A DNA stretch of 64,000 bases from positions 35,955 through 99,954 of the IMG/VR virus record IMGVR_UViG_3300035158_000222; one strand, written 5' to 3'. Below are positions 40,631-50,245 of the stretch, piece by piece. Source of the stretch: a virus. The stretch's first letter is position 1, and each line of letters begins with the position of its first letter. The position numbers were made by a program, and so were the translations under genes. The notes beneath the pieces were generated by a model. It had not been told where the DNA came from, did no database searches, and saw only the letters and a program-made list of their open reading frames with translations.

Positions 40631-42373
40631 CAATACCAACATTAAGAGAACTCCTGGCCCTTGGGCTAGTTGCGAAGGCAGACGAATATTCTATCAAGAG
40701 CCTTTTCCGATGCATTGGACGTCCGTTTCCACAAGCTAGGGCTATCCTTTATGATACCTTGGAAAACTTTGACTGTTTTGTAAGCTTTGAAATGGGTTAC
40801 AACTCAAGATGTGTGACTTTTGAATCTGTCGTACTTAGAGATCATTTCAAGAGAGTGGCAGATTTATTCAGGGAATGGCGACAGCATAGTGAGAAAGATA
40901 GTTCGACCCAGTATCAGCGTTGGTATGACAATGTTCCTAAGCCAGCCGGACAAAGCCGCAAGTATTTCGAAAACCCCAGGTATAAGGACACTCCTCTTCC
41001 CTATCGGATAAGGATGTCCACCTGGTGGTACTATCGCTAGTATGTCTAAGAATATAAAGAGAGTCTCAGTAGGTGACTACATTATTGTCGTGTATGACAG
41101 TGAGGATAACTTTAGTATGATGACCGAGAGATACCAGGTTATGGTTATCTTCAAAGATATGGAAGCTAATCCGTACGTAGTTCTGAAGGAGATCTATAAT
41201 TATCGTAATATAATCGAAGCTCTTGTGAAGTTCGAGAAATGTATACAGGAAGCAAAGAAGAAGCCTGCTGTCTTTGATTTCGATAAGTGGCAATTCTCTA
41301 AGAGAAAGCTGGCGATAAAGCAGTCTGCACTAGCTAAAATAATGAACCAAGCATATGGTGTACCCGATGAAATCCTTGACGAAGAACCAGAAGAGAGCAT
41401 GTAAGATGTTCTCGGATGCGTGTGTTGATGAGTTTCATATCAGACCTGAGGATGACGATAACCTTATACTCCAGTCCGCATTGCGGTTCCAGGAGTTTAT
41501 AGGCGGGTTCACGAGTCTGAACGTTGATACTGATTGGCATCGCAACTTTGTCGAGGTCAAAATTAAATACGCGCTTAAAGGTCTATACGAGACCATGAGA
41601 GAAAAGTATGGGAGTTATGAAGAATATTCTTATAGAAGCTCAAGGCAATATCAAGAAAGCCGAAAAGCTTCTAAAGCAAAGAGCCTATGAAAAAACCAGA
41701 AAAGGAACTGCCAAGGTGGCAGATAGTAGCAATCCGGATAGATATCTGGACTTACCTGAGGATAAGCAAAGTGATAATCTGGATAGCTCACAAGACAAAC
41801 AAACACAAACATAAACAAATGGTCTTCCTGTTATCGGCCGTACTCGTAGCTTTGTTCACGAACGTGGGTAGCTGGCTTATAATAGATGAGGCCCTAGGTA
41901 TCGAGCTATTCTTTGTGGCAATCATCGTTTCTATCTTCATAGCAATAATTGTTTGGAAGCTTGCTTTCCACTTGAAGAAAACCGAGAAGTATAATCCAAT
42001 CTGGGAGGATCGTAAGAACCCGAACCATCAGAAGATTGGGACGGAGACTGCAGCATTAATGCTGGTAGTTCATGCTAGATCTCGATGCATCACTGTACCG
42101 CTCCTGCATTTGATCGTGTTTTATTTCATGACCATAATGGGAGCACTTGCACTATCCGGAGACATCGGTGGCATTCTAAGTCTACTACTGTTCTTCTTCT
42201 GGTTCAGTGCTAACTATCTTGAGGTCTACATTGATTGCATATGTGACCTAGGTGACCCCCCAAAAAAGAAAGACAAATCAAAAGCAAAATCAAAACAAGC
42301 TCTTACAAATTTACAACAGAAGGTTTGGGACAAGCTTGTCGGAGACATGGCTCCTGCCCCAAGCCCCTGCTAA
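40621..42373 (+). other. hypothetical CDSs 40621-41040, 41042-41404, ~41406-41690 and multi-TM membrane protein 41687-42373
   Basis: Coupled ORFs; 41687-42373 has about 4 hydrophobic helices. Confidence 0.6.
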
Positions 42374-42379
42374 AGAACT

Positions 42380-43504
42380 ATGAAAAAGACTGTAAACCTG
42401 CAGCAGGTTAACATCAGACAGCTCAAATCCGTGCTCCCCCACTTTTTCTTCAACAGGATACCGTTGTATCTCTGGGGCAGGCCGTCAACTGGGAAGACCA
42501 GTGCCGTAAGGCAGTTCGCCCAGGAGGAGGCAAAGCGCCGAGGTCTTAAGTATTCTGAGGATAAGTTCGGAGAGAAGTTCTTTACCATGAAGGTCATTAC
42601 TCTATCCCAGTTCGATTCTCCCGATCTCAGAGGAATGCCAGAGGTAGTAGAGACTGATCACGGGAAGGTCACTGAATTCGTACCAACTGCTGAACTTCCA
42701 AGGGAAGGCCAGGGAATATTATTCTTTGATGAAATGAATCTGGCGGATGATACCACCCGTGCGGCGTGCTATCAGATTATCCTCGAGGGCAGATATGGTT
42801 CCCTACCGGCAGTAAAGAATAAGAACGGAAAGGATTCTTACTGGAGAGTAGCTGCCAGTAATACAGAGAATGATTTCTGCAGCGTAAATGTGACATCTCT
42901 CGCACTGCTCCGGAGGTTTTCACATCTCGAGGTAATGCTGAATGTGGATGAAGTAGTGCAGTATTTCATGAGAAAAGGTCATGACCCCCGTGTAGTGGCA
43001 TTCATGAAGAACTTCGCTGAAGATCTTTTCCCGCAGAAATGGGATGAGAAACTCCTGGATAATAAAGCCAATCCGTTTCCCAGTACCTGGGAGAATCTGG
43101 CTACTATGATCCCGAATATCCAGGACGACGAGATGCTGTTTCACCTTGCAGCATCATGCGTCGGTGCCCCAGTAGCGTCAAAGTTCGTTGACTATGCTAA
43201 GCTTATCCAGACCCTGGATATGAAGAAGATCCTTTCTGACCCCAAGAAAGAGATCGGTAAGCTTAAGAAGCATGGCGACAGGGCATCCTTGCTTTATGCC
43301 GTGATATTTAATATCGCAAACCGGTGGCATAAGAAGGAGAAGATTGTCACTGGCCAGAAGGTCATTGACATTGCCAACGAGCTGCCGGTCGAATTCGCAA
43401 CTTCTTTCGTCCAGAATGTAGCGAATACGCGGCTCAATGAACTGACCAAGGTTAAAGGATTTGATAATCTCTTAACGAAGTTTGGGCGATACTTCGACAT
43501 CTAG
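42380..43504 (+). CDS. MoxR-like AAA+ ATPase
   Basis: Walker A GRPSTGKT, DLRGMP, Walker B ILFFDEMN, AASN, ALLRRF. Confidence 0.9.
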   Translation: MKKTVNLQQVNIRQLKSVLPHFFFNRIPLYLWGRPSTGKTSAVRQFAQEEAKRRGLKYSEDKFGEKFFTMKVITLSQFDSPDLRGMPEVVETDHGKVTEFVPTAELPREGQGILFFDEMNLADDTTRAACYQIILEGRYGSLPAVKNKNGKDSYWRVAASNTENDFCSVNVTSLALLRRFSHLEVMLNVDEVVQYFMRKGHDPRVVAFMKNFAEDLFPQKWDEKLLDNKANPFPSTWENLATMIPNIQDDEMLFHLAASCVGAPVASKFVDYAKLIQTLDMKKILSDPKKEIGKLKKHGDRASLLYAVIFNIANRWHKKEKIVTGQKVIDIANELPVEFATSFVQNVANTRLNELTKVKGFDNLLTKFGRYFDI

Positions 43505-43505
43505 T

Positions 43506-43853
43506 ATGGGAAGTAGAAAACAAATTCTCCCAGATAATATAGACCAGTCAAAGAACAACGAACATACTGTATATAAGATCGAGATTGGATATCACAAGCT
43601 CTGTACTACTGATAAGGAGGCAGCATTCAAGGTCTGGCAGGCACTAGCAGATAATTTCTTTGAACTCAAGGACCTGAATAGCGGCGACTATAGTGGACCT
43701 AGGTTCAATCATCGTGATCCGGTAAACGTGAAGCTAGCAGGAGAGAGAGAAAAGATCTGGGATTCTTATGAAGATGCCAAGCGGGCACACGTTGCCTACT
43801 CGGCACTAAAGCCTCAGCCTGGAAAAGAAAAGGCTGACGATTCAACATCATGA
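43506..43853 (+). CDS. hypothetical protein
   Basis: ORF between the AAA and vWA genes. Confidence 0.6.
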   Translation: MGSRKQILPDNIDQSKNNEHTVYKIEIGYHKLCTTDKEAAFKVWQALADNFFELKDLNSGDYSGPRFNHRDPVNVKLAGEREKIWDSYEDAKRAHVAYSALKPQPGKEKADDSTS

Positions 43854-45037
43854 ACATCGAAGATAGAATCAAGAAAGCCAAGATCTGGCTGATCACCAAA
43901 CGTCCATGGTTCGGCCAGCTATCTTGTTATGTCAATGAGATCAAGAATGATAAGATTCCTACTGCGGCGATAGATCTCAAAGGCAACATGTATTACAACC
44001 CGGAGTGGATGGATAGTCTTAAAGACGAAGAGTTAAGGGGAGTGCTCATGCATGAGATCCTGCACTTGGCATTCCTGCATATCCCGAGGTGTGGGGACAG
44101 GGATAAATTAATCTGGAATGTAGTGGCTGATCTGAAAGTTAACATGGAAATCATAAACGAGCATGGCGTGGATATTTCCAAGGAAGCAATCAGACCTAAC
44201 CGCAACAGTGATTCTGCTATCCTGGATAACCACACTATACGCAAGGTTTCTGATAAGACTGCAGAGAATGTCTATACTGAAGTTCGCAGGAAGATGAAGA
44301 GTGCACCATCTAACTATGTGCCTGATCTGATCATTGTTGCCAACACGCCGCAAGAGGAAGAGGATCTCAAGAAGAAAGGCTTCAAACCGGTGAAAGCCTC
44401 TCAAGCTGGCAAGCTCAGCAGGAACTGGCAGTCTCGTGTCTTTTCCGCCAGCCAAACAGCTAAAGGAGACATGCCAGAAGGAGTAAAGCGAGAGCTATTT
44501 AAACTCGAGCAAGGTGAACTCCCGTGGCACAACATCCTTAAGACTAGATTCAGGAAGCTTGCAGTCAAGCATTCCTGGAAGAAGCCGAGCAAACGGTATC
44601 TGCCCTGGTACTTCCCTGGACGTACAAGGAACGAGGGAATAAAGGTCGTCGGGGCAATCGATACTTCAGGTTCGATGAGCAAGGACCAGATATCTAAAGC
44701 AGTAAATGAACTGTATGGACTGACCAGAGCATTCCAATTCCTGGATCTATGGGTGATGGACTGTGATGCGGCAGTGTATAATACAAAGAAGACAAAGCAG
44801 CATGAGCTGGCCAACCTGATCCTGCAAGGCGGCGGAGGAACTGACTTCCGTCCTGTGTTTAACTGGATCAAGAAGGAGCTAAGCGATGATATTGACTGTC
44901 TTCTGTTCTTCACTGATCTCTATGGAGATTTTCCAGGGAAGAAGCCGCCGTACGAAACCTTCTGGATCACTGATACGAAGAATCATGATATCCCGTTTGG
45001 CCGCAAGCTGATGCTTGAGGGCGATATAGAAAACTAA
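43850..45037 (+). CDS. DUF2201-type metallopeptidase / vWA domain protein
   Basis: HEILH zincin motif, MIDAS IDTSGSM, GGGGTDFRP, FTD.YG. Confidence 0.9.
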   Translation: MNIEDRIKKAKIWLITKRPWFGQLSCYVNEIKNDKIPTAAIDLKGNMYYNPEWMDSLKDEELRGVLMHEILHLAFLHIPRCGDRDKLIWNVVADLKVNMEIINEHGVDISKEAIRPNRNSDSAILDNHTIRKVSDKTAENVYTEVRRKMKSAPSNYVPDLIIVANTPQEEEDLKKKGFKPVKASQAGKLSRNWQSRVFSASQTAKGDMPEGVKRELFKLEQGELPWHNILKTRFRKLAVKHSWKKPSKRYLPWYFPGRTRNEGIKVVGAIDTSGSMSKDQISKAVNELYGLTRAFQFLDLWVMDCDAAVYNTKKTKQHELANLILQGGGGTDFRPVFNWIKKELSDDIDCLLFFTDLYGDFPGKKPPYETFWITDTKNHDIPFGRKLMLEGDIEN

Positions 45038-45087
45038 TATGCATGGTTCCCCGTCTGAGAGCAGGCGGGGAGCCTGCATTAAACCTT

Positions 45088-46077
45088 ATGAGCTTACATC
45101 AAAAGCTAATCGATATTCGTCTGGCCAAGGGTGAATATCACCATCTGCAGAAGAGATTCTACGCAGAGCTAGCTGTTAGATTCCCGTATATTATGACCAG
45201 GGATATGAAGAAGCTAAGCATGAAACTGTCCGAAGAGATGGATATATTCCTGTGTGCATGTCTGAAGTACAAGTCCACCAGGATTGAGCTGGAGACCGAG
45301 AAGAAGAAGTGGAGGGCCGGTACTCATGGAGTACTACCGGTGATTGTTTCAAGGAAGCCAGGAATGAGATACAAGCATTCAGAGATAAAAGACATTGATC
45401 TGATAGACCGCAGATTATTTTTTAAGTCACGGTTAAAGCTATATAGTAAGTACCTCAAGAAGGAAGACGACAGCATCTCTAAACGGATGATGGTTGACTT
45501 TATGCCCATGACTACTCATGGATCAGTGCACCAGGATAAGTTCCAGGACTTCGTAGATCTTCAGCATGATATAGTTAAGTCTCTTCCTGATATCTATGGG
45601 TATATCCCGTCCAGTGAGGACCATAATCTCAACAATCTATACTATTATAACCCATATCATTACAGTGACACTATGAACCCAAAGGAGATAGATGGAAAGA
45701 CCATTAATCAGTGCTACGGTGAGGCAGTAACTGATAATCTGATACTATATTTTCTCCCGAGGTCAATATGTTTCAACCTTCTATCGGATAAGAAGGACGA
45801 AGACGAGAGTAACTCGCACGAAGTAAGTATCAGATGTCCAATGGAGGGTATCACTGACTATGGTAGTGACGAGGAGATCGACTATTTGAAGCATAGGCCT
45901 ATGCAAAATCCTCTTCACACGATGCTAAAGGAGATCATCTCTAACTTCGACAGGATCCGGGAGATCATGGAGAAGACTGAAAAGCATAAGCAGGAGACCT
46001 ATGTCCAGTGTATGTCATATATGAAACGTGCTAAGAAAGTAACCACACCATTCAAGGTGTTAAACGAACTCTTATGA
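45088..46077 (+). CDS. hypothetical protein
   Basis: Long ORF coupled to the next gene. Confidence 0.65.
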   Translation: MSLHQKLIDIRLAKGEYHHLQKRFYAELAVRFPYIMTRDMKKLSMKLSEEMDIFLCACLKYKSTRIELETEKKKWRAGTHGVLPVIVSRKPGMRYKHSEIKDIDLIDRRLFFKSRLKLYSKYLKKEDDSISKRMMVDFMPMTTHGSVHQDKFQDFVDLQHDIVKSLPDIYGYIPSSEDHNLNNLYYYNPYHYSDTMNPKEIDGKTINQCYGEAVTDNLILYFLPRSICFNLLSDKKDEDESNSHEVSIRCPMEGITDYGSDEEIDYLKHRPMQNPLHTMLKEIISNFDRIREIMEKTEKHKQETYVQCMSYMKRAKKVTTPFKVLNELL

Positions 46078-46871
46078 AGGGAAAAATCGAGGATATCAAA
46101 AACAGGTATGAGCTGTATAGCCATAAATGCAGCATGAAGAATAAGCTTGAGTCAGAGATCGAACGACTGGATGATAAGATAACCAAGGGAATTAGAAGCC
46201 TCTTTTCCGAGGATGTAAAGAAGTTCGCGGACAACTATAAGGAGGGTAACTCAGTTATCGATGATGCCATTGATGGTATGCGGGACGAATGGCGCGTGCT
46301 TGCAGCGTCCTGCTGTGCTATCACGAAGTCATTCGAGATAAGCGATTGGAGAGGACGAGCTATCTATCTACATAAGGAATACGGCTTCAAGAGGTTCCGT
46401 GAGTATAGAGCCTGGGATCCGTTCCGGTACTCAATGCATACTGCCAGAAACAATGAGTATGATTTCAAGTGGGATAATTATATGCATATATTTACCAGGG
46501 ATAATCAGAAACTGGAGCTACATAAGATGGTTAATAATCCCAGAGTGAATCAGAAGAAGGCACAGGCATTGTTTACTATGACTAATACAATGTGCAAGCT
46601 TCTCATGGACTTGAATAAGCTATGCAGTAAGTACGAAGAGCAACTTCGGAATGCGAATCATTACCTGTCAGATAGTCTCTACTTCGATGATAGGGATGAC
46701 TTTAAAGCGATGATTAAGGATGCACAGAAAGCATCCAAGACTTTGACTAACGCGTTAGGAGAATTCAAGTCTCTCTCTAATGCCTGGCATACGGAGTGGG
46801 AATTCTACCGTAAATTCAATACAGAATATAAGGTTCTCATACAGTTGACTGGCAAAGAGCTCAAGTCATAA
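46074..46871 (+). CDS. hypothetical coiled-coil protein
   Basis: 265-aa ORF followed by a terminator. Confidence 0.65.
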   Translation: MKGKIEDIKNRYELYSHKCSMKNKLESEIERLDDKITKGIRSLFSEDVKKFADNYKEGNSVIDDAIDGMRDEWRVLAASCCAITKSFEISDWRGRAIYLHKEYGFKRFREYRAWDPFRYSMHTARNNEYDFKWDNYMHIFTRDNQKLELHKMVNNPRVNQKKAQALFTMTNTMCKLLMDLNKLCSKYEEQLRNANHYLSDSLYFDDRDDFKAMIKDAQKASKTLTNALGEFKSLSNAWHTEWEFYRKFNTEYKVLIQLTGKELKS

Positions 46872-46875
46872 GAAG

Positions 46876-46913
46876 GCAGGCGGGGTGTTTGATTACACCT
46901 CGCTTGTTTTTTT
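46876..46913 (+). terminator. intrinsic terminator ending the early region
   Basis: GCAGGCGGGGTGT / ACACCTCGCTTGT stem followed by a T run. Confidence 0.8.
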
Positions 46914-46923
46914 ATGAAAAGAA

Positions 46924-46932
46924 TGTTATACT
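46924..46932 (+). promoter_or_regulatory. extended -10 promoter for the packaging operon
   Basis: TGtTATACT just after the terminator. Confidence 0.5.
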
Positions 46933-46977
46933 ATAAGCAACCACGGTTTTATATTTAAAAACTACAGTCCACAAAAC

Positions 46978-47241
46978 ATGGATAAGAGCAAAGAAATAAA
47001 AGTCGTGCCTCCAAAGCCGACCAAGAAAAAGGGGAAGGCCAAGCCTAAGCATAAAGAGATCTACTTGCATTCACTTGTAGCTCTGGCAGCCCTCTGGCTA
47101 GCCATTTTTGTCTTAGTATCAATCATTCAAATGCCATGGTATATGCGCATTCTGGCTCTAATATTAGGGTCATTTTTAGTTTTCGACATACACCATTCTA
47201 TCAAGCATTATGTCAAATCCAGGGGACAAAGCTCTAATTAA
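46978..47241 (+). CDS. small two-TM membrane protein
   Basis: Basic N-terminus and two hydrophobic helices. Confidence 0.6.
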   Translation: MDKSKEIKVVPPKPTKKKGKAKPKHKEIYLHSLVALAALWLAIFVLVSIIQMPWYMRILALILGSFLVFDIHHSIKHYVKSRGQSSN

Positions 47242-47797
47242 ATACAAAGCGGAAGAGAAGAAGTTCTGGAACAGTAGCCAGAACCTAAATGTGTACAATC
47301 TTTTCGTCCAGGGTAAGGCGATAGTTGATATTGCAGGCACCCTGAAGATGCGCCCTGTAACTGTGGAAAAGATAATCACTAGGAGTTTTTTTGTCAAAAG
47401 ACTCGAGCATCACCTGCGTGGAGTCATGTTTACTACCCAGGTAGCACAGATACTGGCGAAGGACAACATCTTCTCTAAACTTTGGGAGCGAGTACGGGAT
47501 AATATCGAAGATATCCCGCCTGAGATTTGCTTAAAAGAACTAACCAAGCTCTTCCCTCAGAAGAAAGATGGATTAATAATCAATCCCAAGAACATGAACA
47601 TATTCATGAAGGTTATGCAGGATACTCCACCCGAGAAACTGGGTGAGAGGCTGGAAGAAATAGAGGACGACTTCGGTTTTGAGGGGCTGGATGAGGATGA
47701 CAAAGCTAAATATCCTGAGCTGGAAGGGCCTAAAGACGATGGTATCAAACAAGGGGATCCTGAAGTGGATCAAACAAAAACAAATAAGGACGAATAA
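47210..47797 (+). CDS. putative terminase small subunit
   Basis: HTH-like DIAGTLKMRPVTVEKII; lies immediately upstream of TerL. Confidence 0.5.
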   Translation: MSNPGDKALIKYKAEEKKFWNSSQNLNVYNLFVQGKAIVDIAGTLKMRPVTVEKIITRSFFVKRLEHHLRGVMFTTQVAQILAKDNIFSKLWERVRDNIEDIPPEICLKELTKLFPQKKDGLIINPKNMNIFMKVMQDTPPEKLGERLEEIEDDFGFEGLDEDDKAKYPELEGPKDDGIKQGDPEVDQTKTNKDE

Positions 47798-50231
47798 GGG
47801 TCTTCCGGTAGAGTTCAGAGACCACGGATTCCTCCTGGATTACGTGCGCGATCCGCACAACCGCATTGTTGTGCGTAAATGCACGCACCCAGATACAAGG
47901 GTTCTTAGGTCTGATCTTAAATGGGTTAAGATAAAGAATCTCAATAAAGGAGATTCTTTAGTGGGGATTACAGAGAGCGCACCATCTGGACGTGGAGCCA
48001 GAAGGAGGTTCGAAGATACTGTAGTGCTTGATAAGTGGATTACAAACAAGAGAGCATTTAAGATGACTCTCGAAGATGGAAGAAGTATAATAGTATCAGA
48101 GGATCATCTGTTCCTTGCAATGAAATCAAAAGGCAGGGCCGGTAACCAATATGACTGGCATGAGCTAAGAAATCTTGATCCCGGTGACTACGTTCGGGTA
48201 GTCTTTGATGTATGGGATGGTCCAAACTACGAATGTGGCTGGATAGCTGGCATACTTGATGGTGAAGGATCACTTAAGGTATCAAGGAAGTCCGGAGGAT
48301 CTGACCTGGTTATATCACAGAGACCCGGAATAGTGTCCGACAGGATAGATAGATACCTCAAGAGTCGTAAGTTCAAGTATCATGTACGTGATGATGATAA
48401 GCCAGATAGTAATGGTCCAGTACGTAGATTTGTTCTGTCCAGAACAAGTGAGATCATTAGGCTACTTGGCAAGACACAGCCATCAAGATGGATAGGAAAG
48501 AAGTTCTGGCTCACCATGGCACTTGGAATGGCAGGACCGAAATCAAAGATGAAGATAGCCTCGATAGAATCTGCCGGTAGAGCAGATCTTGTGGACATCG
48601 AGACAAGTAATCACACGTTTATAGCTGAGGGTATAGTCACTCACAACTGTACACAGGTGGGAGCATCCTTTTCCACTAACATAAAGATGCTGCACCTGGG
48701 AGACCAGGCGCCACTGACTACTATATACACATTGCCTACATCGTCCGAGGCCAAGAACTTCGTACTTACAAAGTTTGATCCCATGGTAGAGAGATCACCA
48801 GGACTTCTTGAGATGGTACAGAAAGTTATTCTCCGTGAGAAGATCCTATACAACAGCGTAGTTAAACGCATCGGGCCCAGCTATTACTTCTTCCGTGGAT
48901 CCTGGACCACGTGGGGCGCGCAGTCCATTGATGCTGACGTCCTCGTGGTAGACGAACTCGACTTCCAGAGAGAAGACGTAAGACAAATGTGGGAAGAGCG
49001 GACCGAGGGATCCGCATCGCAGGATATTATCTACTGGATTGGATATCCAAGCATTCCTAACTTCGGCATTGAAGAGCTGTATGATTCGTCCGATCAGCGC
49101 CACTGGTATATAGAATGCGGCCATTGCTTCAAGCGACAGACTCTTACATTCCCGGAAAATATAGACTTCGCTAAAGAAATCTTCCAATGCAAGTTCTGCG
49201 CCGGCGAACTGACGCCCGAGATGCGCCGAAGAGGAATATGGAAAGCCCACAAACCAGGCCGACAGATACACGGATACTGGATCAATAAGCTTATGGCCCC
49301 GTGGATAACAGCCCCTAAGATCATTCATAGATTTAAAAACGACACCCCAAAGAAGTTCCATAACTATACGCTGGGCCTACCATTCCAGGATAAAGAGACT
49401 GAGATTACTGACGAGGTAGTCGAAAGATCCCTAATGGAAGAGGACAAATACATGGCCTGCAAGAGAGATGAGAAAGCTAAGATAATCCTGGGCATTGACC
49501 AAGGTGATATCTTTCACATCCTGGTAGCCATTGCCCTACCGGATAGATTAGTAGTAGTAGGGGCCCACGAGGAGGATTCTGAAGATAAGCTTGAGAAGCG
49601 AATCAAGTTCTACAATCCTGATATGGTAGTCATGGATATGTTCCCCAACCGTCATACTGCCAAGAAGATGCGCAGAAAGATAGGGGAGAATAAGTTCTTC
49701 ATGGGTAAGGAGCGCAACTGGTCAGAGACGTCCAAGCAGCGTAACTATTGGAGCACTAACAGATCGATGGGTGAGATCGGCATAGAGAGGACTGAGTCTA
49801 TCGACGCCATGATGGAATACATCATGAAAGGCGCCATCAGATTCAGACGTTCTATTCCGAACTTACTGAGTAAGGACAAACATAACCCAGGTGTCATTCA
49901 ACATATTAGAAATCTGGTACCTGATACCCAGGAGCGTTTCGGTAAATTGCGCAGAGTTTGGAAGAAGACTGGCCCAGAGCACTACGCGCATTCACTGAAC
50001 TTCCTGGTTGTTGCCTGCCACACATTGTTTCCTGGCTGGCAGTCACGAGAGATGATAGTCCCATCCTCTGACTTACTGGCTGTACCAAAGCCTAAGCCAT
50101 GGTACGTTAAGGATTTCGAACGAAGGACTAGATCACTATCGGGAAATGACACTGTCATTATCCCACAGGGGAGCGACCCCGTGGAGCCCGAGGACATAGT
50201 TCCGAGGAATCCAGGTGATATTTATTGCTAA
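47739..50231 (+). CDS. terL: terminase large subunit (lambda gpA family) with intein
   Basis: Walker A (V)RK|CTQVGAS split by the intein, Walker B LVVDELD, CGHC/CKFC zinc ribbon, nuclease LGIDQG, EHYAHS. Confidence 0.9.
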   Translation: MVSNKGILKWIKQKQIRTNKGLPVEFRDHGFLLDYVRDPHNRIVVRKCTHPDTRVLRSDLKWVKIKNLNKGDSLVGITESAPSGRGARRRFEDTVVLDKWITNKRAFKMTLEDGRSIIVSEDHLFLAMKSKGRAGNQYDWHELRNLDPGDYVRVVFDVWDGPNYECGWIAGILDGEGSLKVSRKSGGSDLVISQRPGIVSDRIDRYLKSRKFKYHVRDDDKPDSNGPVRRFVLSRTSEIIRLLGKTQPSRWIGKKFWLTMALGMAGPKSKMKIASIESAGRADLVDIETSNHTFIAEGIVTHNCTQVGASFSTNIKMLHLGDQAPLTTIYTLPTSSEAKNFVLTKFDPMVERSPGLLEMVQKVILREKILYNSVVKRIGPSYYFFRGSWTTWGAQSIDADVLVVDELDFQREDVRQMWEERTEGSASQDIIYWIGYPSIPNFGIEELYDSSDQRHWYIECGHCFKRQTLTFPENIDFAKEIFQCKFCAGELTPEMRRRGIWKAHKPGRQIHGYWINKLMAPWITAPKIIHRFKNDTPKKFHNYTLGLPFQDKETEITDEVVERSLMEEDKYMACKRDEKAKIILGIDQGDIFHILVAIALPDRLVVVGAHEEDSEDKLEKRIKFYNPDMVVMDMFPNRHTAKKMRRKIGENKFFMGKERNWSETSKQRNYWSTNRSMGEIGIERTESIDAMMEYIMKGAIRFRRSIPNLLSKDKHNPGVIQHIRNLVPDTQERFGKLRRVWKKTGPEHYAHSLNFLVVACHTLFPGWQSREMIVPSSDLLAVPKPKPWYVKDFERRTRSLSGNDTVIIPQGSDPVEPEDIVPRNPGDIYC
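47880..48647 (+). mobile_element. intein (256 aa) with a LAGLIDADG motif in the TerL Walker A
   Basis: Starts CTHPDTRV, block B VSEDHLF, WIAGILDGEGS, ends LVDIET.NHTFIAEGIVTHN followed by Cys. Confidence 0.92.
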
Positions 50232-50245
50232 CTCGTACTTCGAGT

